A stretch of DNA of 64,000 nt. Origin: Alphaproteobacteria bacterium (lineage in GTDB: Bacteria > Pseudomonadota > Alphaproteobacteria > UBA828). A model generated the notes under the pieces. That model did not search any database and was not told the DNA's origin. It saw only the letters and a program-made list of their open reading frames with translations. Location: NCBI GenBank assembly GCA_963667785.2, contig CAXXMU010000005.1, positions 288,001 through 352,000 of the forward strand, read 5' to 3'. The position numbers and the translations under genes are program-made. Each line of letters starts with the position of its first letter. Position 1 is the first letter of the stretch. This document shows, one piece after another, positions 1 to 9,840 of this stretch.

Positions 1-1348
1 AGGCGGCGTGCGCGATGAACGCAAGGCGCGCGTCTTCGCTCGCGAGATCGCCGGGCTGCGGCAGCAGCTCGTCGCCCCGCCACGGCGCGTAGGCCTCCGC
101 CGCGCCCAGGCGCCGCGCCCACTGGAGCGCCTCGAGCAGCAGCAGGCGATCCTCCCGCTCGTCGAGGTAGGCGGGATCGATGAGCGGTCTCGCGTGCGGG
201 TCCGCCGAGGCGATGGTCAGGCGACCCCGGCTTCGTGGGTGCGTGATGCCGAACATCAGGGTGTATCCGTCGCCGGCCGCCGGCACGCGGACCGTGCCGG
301 CGAGGGTGTCGGAGACCACGGGGAGCGTGACGCACGCCACCACGAGATCCGGCGCGTCTTCGGGGGTCTGCGCGTCGGCGTGGATGTAGGTGAGCGATTC
401 CGAGTGCTGCGTCGCGGTCGGCGGAAGGGCCTGGCGGGCGCGATAGAGGTTGCCGGCGGCGAGCAGGTGGTCCTGCAGGTTCCGCCCGACCCCCGGCATG
501 TCGCGGCGGACGGCGATCCCGAGCGCAGCCAGCGTCGCGCCCGGCCCCAGGCCGGAGCGCATGAGAATGGCGGGCGTCCCGATGGCCCCGGCGGCCAGGA
601 CGACGCCGCGCCGGGCGCCGAAGCGGCGGACCGTGCCGCCTTCCAGCGCCCGGACCCCGGTGGCGCGCCCGCTCTCGTCGAAGGCCAGCCGGTCGACGAG
701 CAGGCCCGTGCGCAGCGCGAGGTTCGCCCTGGCGCGAACCGCTTCCGTCAGGTAGGCGTCGGCGACGCTCTGGCGCCGCCCGTCCGCTATCGTGAGCGTG
801 TTGAGCGTCGGCCCCGCCAGCTCCCGCCCGTTGTGGTCGCGGATCGGCCGCAGCCCAAGCTCGATCCCGGCCTGGCGATGGGCGCGAGTGAGCGGGTGCG
901 GCCTGGCGGGCTGGCAGAGCCGCAGCGGGCCTGTTCCTCCGTAGCCCTCCTCGGGCGCGAAGGGCGATGTCTCCGAGCGGATGAAGCAGGGCCTGAGCGC
1001 GGCCCAGTCCCACCCCGCGGCGCCGGCCTCGGCCCACGCGTCGAAGTCTCTCGGATGGCCGCGCACATGACCCATCGCGTTCATCGCGCTGGAGCCACCC
1101 ACCACGCGGCCGCGCGGCCAGGGATGCGCGCGGCCCGCCGTCGAGCGCTGGGGCACGGTCTCGAAGTCCCAGTCGATCGCGGAGCCCTGCAGGCGAGGCC
1201 AGGCGGCGGGATCGGCGATGTCGGGGCTCTCGGCCTCCCCTCCCGCTTCCAGCAGGAGCACGCGGCGGCCGGGGTCCTCCGTGAGCCGCGCGGCGAGCAC
1301 GCAGCCCGCCGACCCGGCGCCGACGATGACGACGTCGGCCTCGGCCAT
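1..1348 (-). CDS. GMC family oxidoreductase (choline dehydrogenase-like), 3' end beyond window
   Basis: Manual translation from ATG at 1348: MAEADVVIVGAGSAGCVLAARLTEDPGRRVLLLEAG, the FAD-binding GxGxxG start of GMC enzymes; absent from the ORF track because it runs off the edge. Confidence 0.9.
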   Translation of the reverse strand, partial: MAEADVVIVGAGSAGCVLAARLTEDPGRRVLLLEAGGEAESPDIADPAAWPRLQGSAIDWDFETVPQRSTAGRAHPWPRGRVVGGSSAMNAMGHVRGHPRDFDAWAEAGAAGWDWAALRPCFIRSETSPFAPEEGYGGTGPLRLCQPARPHPLTRAHRQAGIELGLRPIRDHNGRELAGPTLNTLTIADGRRQSVADAYLTEAVRARANLALRTGLLVDRLAFDESGRATGVRALEGGTVRRFGARRGVVLAAGAIGTPAILMRSGLGPGATLAALGIAVRRDMPGVGRNLQDHLLAAGNLYRARQALPPTATQHSESLTYIHADAQTPEDAPDLVVACVTLPVVSDTLAGTVRVPAAGDGYTLMFGITHPRSRGRLTIASADPHARPLIDPAYLDEREDRLLLLEALQWARRLGAAEAYAPWRGDELLPQPGDLASEDARLAFIAHAA

Positions 1349-1386
1349 GCCTCGACCGGGGGTCGCGGCCCGCCCGGCAGCCGGGC

Positions 1387-2694
1387 TCAGCAATCGAGGG
1401 TGTTGCCCCGCTCCCAGTCGGAGATCGTGCCGGCGTACTCGTTCCACTCGCCCGTCTTGAGCTTGACGTAGCTCTTGACGAAGCTCTCGCCGAAGCCGGC
1501 CCGCAGCACCTTGTCCTTCTCGAAGAGCCTGAGCGCATCGAGCAGGTTGAGCGGCAGCCGGCGGGCGCCGCGCAGCTTGTGGCCCTCGGCGTAGAGGTTG
1601 AGGTCGGTGCGCGGGCCCGGGTCGCGCTCGTTCTCGATCCCGTCGAGGCCGGCGACGACGACGCCGGCCTGCAGCAGGTAGGGGTTCGAGGCGCCGTCCA
1701 TCAGCCTCAGCTCGAAGCGCCCGGCATCGGGAATGCGCACCATGGTCGAGCGGTTGTTGCCGCCGTAGGCCACCATGTTGGGCGACCAGGTGGCGCCGGA
1801 CAGCGTGACCGGCGCGTTGATCCGCTTGTAGCTGTTCACGGTCGGATTCCAGATCGCGCAGAGCGCCGGCGCGCGGTGGATGACGCCGCCGAGGAACTGG
1901 TAGCCGAGCTTCGAGATGCCGAGCTCGCCCTTGGCGTCGTGGAAGAGGTTCTTCCTGCCGGAGTTGTTCCAGATCGAGACATGGGCGTGGCAGCCGTTGC
2001 CGGTGAGGTTGGTGAAGGGCTTGGGCATGAAGGTCGCCCGGAGCCCGTGCTTCTCGGCGAGCGACTTCACCATGTACTTGAAGAAGACGTGGCGGTCGGC
2101 GGTGACCAAGGCGTCGTCATACTCCCAGTTCATCTCGAACTGGCCATTGGCGTCCTCGTGGTCGTTCTGGTAGGGGCCCCAGCCGAGGCTCAGCATGGCG
2201 TCGCAGATCTCGGAGACGACGTCGTAGCGGCGCATGAGCGCCGCCTGGTCGTAGCAGGGCTTGGCCTGGGTATCGAGCGCGTCCGAGATCGCGGTGCCGT
2301 CGGGGCTGACGATGAAGTATTCCGCCTCGACGCCGGTCTTGACCCGGTAGCCCTTCTTCCGCGCCTCCGCGAGCTGGCTCTTGAGCTTGAGCCTCGGCGT
2401 GTCCGGCATGGGCTCGCCGTTCATCCAGCAGTCGCCGGCGAGCCAGCCGACCTCGGGCTTCCACGGGAGCTGGATCAGGCTCGAGGGGTCGGGCTTGACC
2501 AGCATGTCGGGCTCGGCGGGGGTGGAATCGAGCCAGGCGGCGAAGGCGGCGAATCCGGCGCCGTCCTCCTGCATGCCGCCGATCGCCTCGGCCGGCACGA
2601 GCTTGGCGCGCAGCACGCCGAACAGGTCCACGAAGCTGATCAGGAAATAGCGGATCTTCTTCTGTTTCGCGGCCTGCGCCAGGTCCACGGCCAT
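1387..2694 (-). CDS. glnT: Type III glutamine synthetase (GlnT) / gamma-glutamylmethylamide synthetase-like
   Basis: MAVDLAQAAK..YFLISFVDLFGVLRAKLVP start; GS motifs DHEDANGQFEMN, FMPKPF..GNGCHAH, NSYKR, NNRSTMVRIP, FELR; start trimmed from the 614-aa ORF. Confidence 0.88.
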   Translation of the reverse strand: MAVDLAQAAKQKKIRYFLISFVDLFGVLRAKLVPAEAIGGMQEDGAGFAAFAAWLDSTPAEPDMLVKPDPSSLIQLPWKPEVGWLAGDCWMNGEPMPDTPRLKLKSQLAEARKKGYRVKTGVEAEYFIVSPDGTAISDALDTQAKPCYDQAALMRRYDVVSEICDAMLSLGWGPYQNDHEDANGQFEMNWEYDDALVTADRHVFFKYMVKSLAEKHGLRATFMPKPFTNLTGNGCHAHVSIWNNSGRKNLFHDAKGELGISKLGYQFLGGVIHRAPALCAIWNPTVNSYKRINAPVTLSGATWSPNMVAYGGNNRSTMVRIPDAGRFELRLMDGASNPYLLQAGVVVAGLDGIENERDPGPRTDLNLYAEGHKLRGARRLPLNLLDALRLFEKDKVLRAGFGESFVKSYVKLKTGEWNEYAGTISDWERGNTLDC

Positions 2695-2735
2695 CGCTCG
2701 ATACTCCTCTGTCTCGGAATTGCGCGGGCGGGCTG

Positions 2736-3446
2736 CTACCAGGGCAGCTCCTTGCCGTCGTACTGGAAGAAGCGGCCGGTCTGGCCGTCGCCGTAGGCCG
2801 CCACCACCCGGCGAATGCCGGCGATGCTCTCGGGCGGGGTCACCGGCGCTGCCGCGCTGCCCATGTCGGTGCTGACCCAGCCGGGATGAACCGCGAGCGT
2901 GCGCACCCCTCGCGGCGCGAGGTCGATGGAGATCGCCTTGACCAGCAGGTTGAGCGCCGCCTTGCTCGAGCGGTAGGGGTAGAAGTTGCCCTCGGCGAGG
3001 TCCGTGATGCTGCCCATGTGGGTGGACATGAAGAACATCAGCTTCATCTCGCTGGCTGCGACGTGATCGACGAAGGCCTCGGCGACCTTGAGCGGCGCCA
3101 TCGTGTTGATGGCGTGCACCTGCATCCAGTTCTCGTAGTCGAGGGTGCCGAAGGCGCCGGCCGCCTGCTCGTCGATCGCATGCCCGAGCAGGCCTGCATT
3201 GTTGACCAGCATGTCGATCGGCGTGCCGCACAACGCGGCGGCGAGCGCGTCGATCTGCGCGGGCTCGCCCACGTCCAGCGTATGCACCGTGATCGCCCCG
3301 CCCGAGGCTGTGGCAAGCGCGTTCAGCGCGTCCGCGCCGGCCGGGTTGCGGCAGCAGGCGTGGATGCGCCAGCCGTCGTCGCCGAACTGGCGCACCATCT
3401 CGAAGCCGAGCCCCCTGCTCGCACCGGTCACCAGCATCGACGGCAT
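2736..3446 (-). CDS. SDR family oxidoreductase (CsgA/C-factor-like)
   Basis: TGASRGLG, NNAG, YRSSKAALN, HPGWVSTDMG motifs. Confidence 0.9.
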   Translation of the reverse strand: MPSMLVTGASRGLGFEMVRQFGDDGWRIHACCRNPAGADALNALATASGGAITVHTLDVGEPAQIDALAAALCGTPIDMLVNNAGLLGHAIDEQAAGAFGTLDYENWMQVHAINTMAPLKVAEAFVDHVAASEMKLMFFMSTHMGSITDLAEGNFYPYRSSKAALNLLVKAISIDLAPRGVRTLAVHPGWVSTDMGSAAAPVTPPESIAGIRRVVAAYGDGQTGRFFQYDGKELPW

Positions 3447-3616
3447 CGCACGCCTCCCCCCTCGCGCTTCGGGCGGCGGCAGAATAGCGGACCGCGCCCA
3501 GCCGACAAGGGCGCGCGGCAGCGCCTGAGAGGTCGCAGACGTGGAGAGATGGACGTACCGGGCCATTGCCGCAACGGCCCGGCTTGCCTATGGTGCGCCC
3601 CAGCTTGCCGCCGGGA

Positions 3617-3693
<77 letters not shown>

Positions 3694-3865
3694 TCCTGTC
3701 CGAAGCCACTCTGTTCAGCCGCTTGCACTTTGTGAGATAGCGCTGTGGCGATCTTGGCGGTACCGAGGATGGCATTATGAGTGAGAATTGCTTACAGATT
3801 CATGCGGGCCGCTGGGCTCAGGTTTGGTGACGATTCCTTGAGCGCGAAGGCTACGGGTTTATTTC

Positions 3866-4588
3866 ATGAGCGATATAGACAAAGAGACTAATGAATATAC
3901 TGACCTCCCGGACGACCCAGAGATGGCGTTTGCTGTCTTGCAGCAAAGAATGTACGCATCCTTAGAGAACATATGGCGAAATGCGGAAGGTTCTACTCGC
4001 ATACATGAGCAACGATATATCGACATTCTTATTGCTTTCGATGAGGTTCATGATCTCGGAAACCTTACCGCCTTCAAGAACGCGCCAAGCGACAACGAAA
4101 GTTTTCACCAGTTCTTTAGCAGCTTTCGTCGCCAAGTAGAAATTCTATCGCATAAGATCAAGATGGAGGCTGCCCGGAGAGTCAAGACTGGTGAACAGAC
4201 AATTGTTGTCCTTGATACACCAGCGCGAGGAGCGATTCACGCGCTGATCAATGCTATAAGGGAAAAGTTGAACGAACTACAGTTGCCAGAGAACAAGCGT
4301 GAGTCATTATTCGACAAGCTCAATGCATTCGCTGCCGAGGTCGACAGAAATCGCACTCGAACAGAAGCATTTCTTTCCTTTGTTGTCGATGTATCTCGCA
4401 CTGCGGGAGTTGTTAAGAAGGAGCTAGAGCCGCTGCAACAACCGATTGATCGTGTATTGGATTTGATTGAAAAGGCAAATGACAAGCACGATGCGTTGCC
4501 ACCACGCAAAGATCGTAATAGGATTCAAGGTCCGCCCAAGCGTCTTGCCCCTCCCCAGCAAGACCTCGATGACGATATCCCGTTCTAA
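3866..4588 (+). CDS. Hypothetical helical protein ending in an SSB-like acidic tail (DLDDDIPF)
   Basis: 240-aa ORF, lower GC than flanks, protein-like composition. Confidence 0.8.
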   Translation: MSDIDKETNEYTDLPDDPEMAFAVLQQRMYASLENIWRNAEGSTRIHEQRYIDILIAFDEVHDLGNLTAFKNAPSDNESFHQFFSSFRRQVEILSHKIKMEAARRVKTGEQTIVVLDTPARGAIHALINAIREKLNELQLPENKRESLFDKLNAFAAEVDRNRTRTEAFLSFVVDVSRTAGVVKKELEPLQQPIDRVLDLIEKANDKHDALPPRKDRNRIQGPPKRLAPPQQDLDDDIPF

Positions 4589-4773
4589 TCCGGCAATGAA
4601 CTCGCCACAGTGGGCATGAGCCGCCACCACGCCCACCTAAGCGCACACCGCTGGGCCACATTTTAGTGCGTCGCCTTAAAACGCGACGAATGGCAGTGCG
4701 TGCGATGCGGCATGGCCGGGCGCCTAGTATCCCGTTCGAGACGTTTCCATCTATGTGCGTACCGCCCCCAACA

Positions 4774-4868
4774 CGTCATGGCCGGGCTTGTCCCGGCCAT
4801 CCACGCGTCGGCCCGGCGTCCGGTGGGTCTGGCGGAGGGAGATGCCCGGAACAAGTCCGGGCATGACG
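4774..4868. repeat. REP/RIME-like palindromic element
   Basis: CGTCATGGCCGGGCTTGTCCCGGCCAT ... ATGCCCGGAACAAGTCCGGGCATGACG inverted ends between convergent genes. Confidence 0.8.
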
Positions 4869-4924
4869 AAGAGAAGGGGAGGCCCACTTGGCGCGTGCTG
4901 GCGCACTCCCCTTCGGTCGGCGGC

Positions 4925-7402
4925 TCAGAACCGCATGTTGAGGGTTGCGAAGAAGGTCCGTCCCCAGCCGGCCGCGCGCGGCCCGTCGGTGAACGAGGGA
5001 TTCGCGGTGTTGGTGGAGAGCTTCGCGTCGGTGAGGTTGTAGACGCCGGCGGTGATGCGCGCGTTCTCGAGCCCCAGCGGCTTTCTCCAGTCGAGCGTCA
5101 CGTCGTGGCCGATCCAGGACTTGAACCGTCCGTCGTCCCACCGGTTCTCGATCTCGTCGCGGTAGTTCACGGCCCAGAAGGCGGTGAGGTCGCCGCGCCC
5201 GACCGAGGCCTCGATGCGCACCGCGTTGCGCGGCAGCGGGTACGGCTGCTCGTCGCCTGCGATGCGCTCTTCGCTGCTGGTGACGTAGCGCCAGAACCCG
5301 CGCACGGCGACGAAGCCCCAGCCGGTCTCCTCGCGGGCGCCGAACCGGGTGTTCACCCCCGTGATCTCGGTCTCGACGATGTTTTCGAAGCTGTTGTGGA
5401 TCGTGATTTCCCCGGCCGTGCGCTCGATGCAGTTGCTGCCGCCGCCAGGCGGGCACTCGGGGTGGTTCAGCATCGCCCAGGTGGCGCCCGGCCGCCCCGG
5501 CAGGTCCGAGGTCTTGAGCCGGTACCAGTCGGCGAGTAGGTAGAACGGCCCCTGACGGGTCTCGGCGCCGATGGAGTGCCTCTGCGATCGTGACGGGTTG
5601 AGCGCGGAGTTGCTGCTCGTGAGGCGCGTCACCTGCCGGTAGTTCGTCGTGTCGCACGTGCGCGGCGGCGGCCCGCTCTCCGGGATGCACCGGACATAGG
5701 GGTGGTCCTGTGACGTGGTGCTGTGCAGGACGTGCATGGAGGGCGGACTGTCACCCGCGCTCCACGAGCCGTGCAGCGTCACGATGTCGCTCAGGCGGTA
5801 CTGGGCCCCGAGGCGCCATGAGCGCAGCCCGCCGACGTCGTCGTATTCGCTAGCCGTTGCTGCGGCTCTCAGGTCCACGGTGTCGGCAAGCGGCAGCGAC
5901 ATCTCGCCGAAGGCTCCCACCGCGCCGCGCGCGCCGGCGTAGCTGGTGCCGCCCGATCCGAGCACCCCGTTCACGTCGCGGGTGCTGCCGTCGCCTGCCC
6001 GGAACGCCAGCAGGCTGTGGGCCTCCACGTCGGCGACGTCGACTCCCGCGGTCCATGCCGAGTCGCGCCCGTCGAAGCCCGGCCCGGCGCCCTCGAGCGC
6101 GAAACTCGCGCCAAGATACCTCGAGCCCAGGTCCTGCTCCTCGCGCAGGCTGCTCCTCTCGATCGCTGCCAGGTGGTCCGGATCCTGCGACAGCGGATCG
6201 GCCAGGTCGTACCGTCCGGCCGCGATCTCCTGCCTGATGATCTCGGCGTCCACGAAGGTATCGCCCCTCACCGAGCCGTCGAACCTGTAGGCGGTGACGT
6301 AGGCGTCGTAGCCGAGGTCTTCGCTGAGCCGGCCCTTGACGCTCGCCGAGACGTCGTACTCCTCGTAGCTCCCCCACCAGTCCCGGTTGCCGTGGCCAAT
6401 GAAGCGGTGCCCGATCGCGAAGAAGTCCCCTCCCGTCGCCTCGAAGGGCGAGTCGGCCTCGCGCGCCGATGCGTTGATCGCCTCGAGCAGGCTCGCGCTC
6501 GGGGCGATGGAGAAGACGTCGACCGACGGTGCGTAGCGGAAGGCCGAGCGTCCCTGCGTGGCGTTCGCGTCCACATGGAGCTCGGCGCGCTCTCCGAGCG
6601 GGTGGTCGAGGTTCAGGATCGCGTTGCTCTGGTCGTAGCTGGCGCTGTCCCACCAGACGTTGCCGAAGGCGAACCCGCAGCCCTTGTCGCCCGACTCGAT
6701 TCCCGGCGGGTTGCTGAGCGGGCCGGTGTAGCCGAGCGCCGGGTCGCACGCGCCGAGCGGCACCGTCCTCAGCGCGCGCTCGCTGACGTCGAAGACGAAG
6801 ACGGTGTTGCCGCCGACGCTCACGTTCTTCGCGTCGGCGAAGCTCCCGCCCTCCGTCCACTCCGAGCGGCTGTGCTCGCGGGTGCTGCCCACGATCTCCT
6901 GGCGGTCGAGGATGTCGACGCCCAGGGTCATGTGTCCGCCGTCGCCGATCGCGCCGCCCCATACGACGCTGCCCTGGCGCGCCTCGCCGCCGTCGCGGCT
7001 CGGCATCCGGGCGACGGTGCGCACGTCGAAGCCGTCCAGATCCTTCCGCAGCACGATGTTGATTGCGCCGCGCACCGCGGCGTGGCCGCCGATCGTCCCC
7101 AGGCTCTCGGCTCTCAGCACCTCGATGCGCTCGACCGCCGAGAGCGGGAGGGTGTCCAGATTGGCTGCGGTCGACGCATAGGGGCGCCCGTTGACCAGGA
7201 CGAGCAGGTTGCGCCCTCCGGTGAAGAAGTAGCGGATGATCCCCGTGTCGAGCATTTCGTGGAACGTCTGGGCGCCGGAGCGCTCGATGAAGCCGCGGTC
7301 GTACTCGGCGATGATCTCCGGGGCCGGCCCCAGCCCGTCGGCATGGGCGTGACCCGCCACGAGCATGGCGGTTGCGGCGAGCGCTGCGAGGACTTTTCTC
7401 AT
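4925..7402 (-). CDS. TonB-dependent outer membrane receptor
   Basis: Signal peptide; plug motifs LVLVNGR, LDTLPLSAVERIEVLR, GAINIVLRK; C-terminal GVYNLTD..GRTFFATLNMRF. Confidence 0.9.
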   Translation of the reverse strand: MRKVLAALAATAMLVAGHAHADGLGPAPEIIAEYDRGFIERSGAQTFHEMLDTGIIRYFFTGGRNLLVLVNGRPYASTAANLDTLPLSAVERIEVLRAESLGTIGGHAAVRGAINIVLRKDLDGFDVRTVARMPSRDGGEARQGSVVWGGAIGDGGHMTLGVDILDRQEIVGSTREHSRSEWTEGGSFADAKNVSVGGNTVFVFDVSERALRTVPLGACDPALGYTGPLSNPPGIESGDKGCGFAFGNVWWDSASYDQSNAILNLDHPLGERAELHVDANATQGRSAFRYAPSVDVFSIAPSASLLEAINASAREADSPFEATGGDFFAIGHRFIGHGNRDWWGSYEEYDVSASVKGRLSEDLGYDAYVTAYRFDGSVRGDTFVDAEIIRQEIAAGRYDLADPLSQDPDHLAAIERSSLREEQDLGSRYLGASFALEGAGPGFDGRDSAWTAGVDVADVEAHSLLAFRAGDGSTRDVNGVLGSGGTSYAGARGAVGAFGEMSLPLADTVDLRAAATASEYDDVGGLRSWRLGAQYRLSDIVTLHGSWSAGDSPPSMHVLHSTTSQDHPYVRCIPESGPPPRTCDTTNYRQVTRLTSSNSALNPSRSQRHSIGAETRQGPFYLLADWYRLKTSDLPGRPGATWAMLNHPECPPGGGSNCIERTAGEITIHNSFENIVETEITGVNTRFGAREETGWGFVAVRGFWRYVTSSEERIAGDEQPYPLPRNAVRIEASVGRGDLTAFWAVNYRDEIENRWDDGRFKSWIGHDVTLDWRKPLGLENARITAGVYNLTDAKLSTNTANPSFTDGPRAAGWGRTFFATLNMRF

Positions 7403-7534
7403 CGTGGCTTCCTCAGCTCGTTCGTTGATATACGGATCGGCCTCCGTGCCGGTCGCAGGCCGGCGCGACGCGTCGTCGAGTCACGTTGATTCTACCAGCC
7501 TGGGGGGACTATGTAGGAAAGTGCCGAAGACCGC

Positions 7535-7714
7535 TCACTCGGCGGACTTCGGGCGGTCTATGTAGCGGATGCTCACGGGCTTGGTGAGCGCGTCCACAGC
7601 CTCATCGAACGTCGCGTCAACGCGCGTGTCTTCCTCAAGCTCCGCAGCGCTCGGCTGGTAGTCCGGGCTGACAATCTCGACCTCGCGAGGGCTCTGCGGC
7701 TTCTTTGTAGTCAT
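7535..7714 (-). CDS. Small hypothetical protein (59 aa), IS passenger
   Basis: MTTKKPQSPREVEIVSPDYQPSAAELEED..; ATG overlaps the stop of the upstream HNH frame. Confidence 0.6.
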   Translation of the reverse strand: MTTKKPQSPREVEIVSPDYQPSAAELEEDTRVDATFDEAVDALTKPVSIRYIDRPKSAE

Positions 7715-9160
7715 CACATAGCTTCCCTTGTCGGATGGGGCTGTTTTCCGCGTTCCTCGTCGAGGAACCGTCCCCAAGCCTTCTGGCCCTTGCGCCCGTT
7801 GCAGTTTCCGCACAAGGCGATCCGGTTGAGCACGTCATCGTCGCCGCCTCGGACATGTGGGATGCGGTGGTCAAGCTCCAGGTCCACGGCTCGGAGCGAT
7901 TTGGAGTCGCAGTAGGGATCGGCGCACTGGCGTCCCTGTCGGGCCCATAGCGCTTGCCGCAGCTTCGCGTCCGGTACATGCGGGATATCCGAGCGCCGCA
8001 GCGTCCTGCGCACCGTGACGGGCTGTATCTGAATGTTGAGACCGGTTTCGTCCGCCAGCCGTTCCAGCGTCACGCTCTCGCAACGGGGTCTATGTCGATC
8101 CCGATCCACTCTCGCCGTAGCTGTTCCGCCGCGACGCACGTTGTGGCGCACCCGGCGAAGGGATCGCACACCGTGTCGCCTTCGTCGGTGGCACATTCGA
8201 TCAGCCGCCGATAGAGTGCAACGGGCTTCCGGGTGGCCCATTCGACATTGCTCGACTCCACCGCCTCCACATCGCTCCAAAGGTCATCGCGCTTCCGCCC
8301 CGGCTGCTCGTCGAGATACCGCTTGAAACGCGGCACGCGGCCCGGCCCGGTCTGCACAATCTGTCCAGCGGCATGGGCGGCCTCCATGCGCTCTTTAGTC
8401 CAGCGCCAAACCCGCGCCACGCCCAAGAACTCATACGTCAGGTTCGGGCGATTGCCCTCCGGGTGTACCAGGTTGTCCAAGGTGTACCGCCTCCCCCCCC
8501 CCCCTCGATTTTCGAGTATTGGGCCAACGTCTTTTCGTCGAGATTGGCCATGTCGTAAGGCTCATGCGACGGGTTCCACTTCCATGTCCGACTTTTCCCG
8601 TAGGCGTAAACAGTGTCGGTAGTGCGAGGCAGGCGCCGGGTCGGATAGTTCTTCGCCGATGCGCGCCGAATCGTGATCTGGTTGATGAACAGCGAGCGCC
8701 CGAACACGGCGTCCAGGATCAACCGGAGATAGGCGTTGGCTGCATCATCGCAATGCAGGAACAGCACGCCGCTCGGCTTGAGCACGCGGTGCATTTCCAC
8801 GATCCGGGGCGCCATGTACGCCAGATAGGCGGTGATGGAGTTCTTGGCGCCGGTCGTGACCTTCCCCGTCCGATGGTCGATCTTGCCGCCTTCGATCACG
8901 GCGGCGGCCTCCACGATCTCCTTGATCGCAGGATGGTCCGACGCAATCACGTCCTGCCATTCGTCCGCTACCTCGTCCCAGCGCCAGCGATCATCGAAGC
9001 GCTGGGCAGCGGAGCGCGAGCTCAGCGGCGCGTTGAAGACGCGCTTGGCGTTGAACGGCGGATCGGTGGCGATGCAGTCCACGAACTCGCTGTTCATGCC
9101 GCGCAGAATGTGGATGTTGTCGGCGACGAACAGCGTGCAATTGCGCCAGTTCGCGGTCAT
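7714..9160 (-). pseudogene. Beta-class amino DNA methyltransferase fused to a C-terminal HNH nuclease, split by two frameshifts
   Basis: DPPF (motif IV), RVLKPSG, DPFAGCATT (motif I), WIGID, then CADPYC..DHRIPHVRGG..LCGNCNGRKG; breaks at the G12 tract (8493-8504) and near 8080; adding one base at each gives one 483-codon frame. Confidence 0.82.
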
Positions 9161-9375
9161 GCGCTCCGCGCGGCGGACGGCAGCCCATTGTCGGCGATCA
9201 GTTCACGGTAGCGCAGCCGCTTCCCGACCCCGCCATCGGCGACCGCGGCCATCATGTCGATGGTGTCATGCTCCCGCATGTTGTGGCGGGCTGCGAACTC
9301 CTGGACGTAGCGGTCAAGATGCTTCGGGCTGATCTTGTGGAAGGTGCCGGCGTGGCTGCGCTTCAGCGAGGCGCA
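9157..9375 (-). pseudogene. IS1595-family transposase C-terminal remnant
   Basis: LKRSHAGTFHKISPKHLDRYVQEFAARHN..GKRLRYRELI is the typical IS1595 DDE C-terminus; N-terminal part absent. Confidence 0.85.
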
Positions 9376-9559
9376 CGATCTGGAGTTCACCCCAACGGTC
9401 AGCTTGGATGGGGAGTGACCTCGCGACACACTATGTCGCAATGCCCGCTCGGCACTTTCCTACATAATCCCCGTTCTCGTGATAGCTCAACGCGAAACAT
9501 ACGCAAATCTCTCGCGTATAAGGCCGCGCTCAGGAAATAGTGCCAGCGGAATGGAGTCC

Positions 9560-9778
9560 TCAATGAGAACGAGCTGAGGATTGTGAGGATTGAGCTTCCG
9601 GTTGGAGAGCACGCTCGACATTCTGTTGGAGGTCGCGAGCTTCATCCGGGGTCAGCAGCAGAAAGAGTATCTCGTGACCATTGGCGGGTTCGACTCCCCA
9701 ATTCGGTGGCTCTATTGATACGTGGATCTCGATTACCTCGGTCTTAGGAAGAGTCAGCTTCTTTGCTGTTATGTCCAT
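9560..9778 (-). CDS. Small hypothetical protein
   Basis: 72-aa ORF with GAGGA RBS upstream. Confidence 0.5.
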   Translation of the reverse strand: MDITAKKLTLPKTEVIEIHVSIEPPNWGVEPANGHEILFLLLTPDEARDLQQNVERALQPEAQSSQSSARSH

Positions 9779-9796
9779 AGGTTCCTCACCGTCGAG

Positions 9797-9825
9797 GAGC
9801 CCGCGACCTTCTTGGTCGCGGGCTC
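9797..9825. terminator. Perfect 12-bp stem hairpin, possible terminator
   Basis: GAGCCCGCGACC-TTCTT-GGTCGCGGGCTC just downstream of the DUF1508 gene; no U-tract. Confidence 0.45.
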
Positions 9826-9840
9826 AAGAGTATTGGTTGT

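Larger units (their letters stand above)
7504..9472 (-). mobile_element. Internally deleted IS1595-family element carrying passenger genes
   Basis: 24-bp terminal inverted repeats GGGGA(C/T)TATGTAGGAAAGTGCCGA at 7504-7527 and 9449-9472 (1 mismatch); transposase C-terminal remnant inside; no target duplication seen. Confidence 0.8.

Noticed and set aside
8-1471. 487-aa plus-strand ORF
   Set aside because: Antisense shadow of the minus-strand GMC gene; no motifs
2695-3231. N-terminal extension of the 614-aa GlnT ORF
   Set aside because: Overlaps the SDR gene in another frame; GS homology starts at ATG 2694
7496-9480. Target-site duplication around the IS1595 cassette
   Set aside because: Flanks CAGCCTGG and GTTCTCGT do not match
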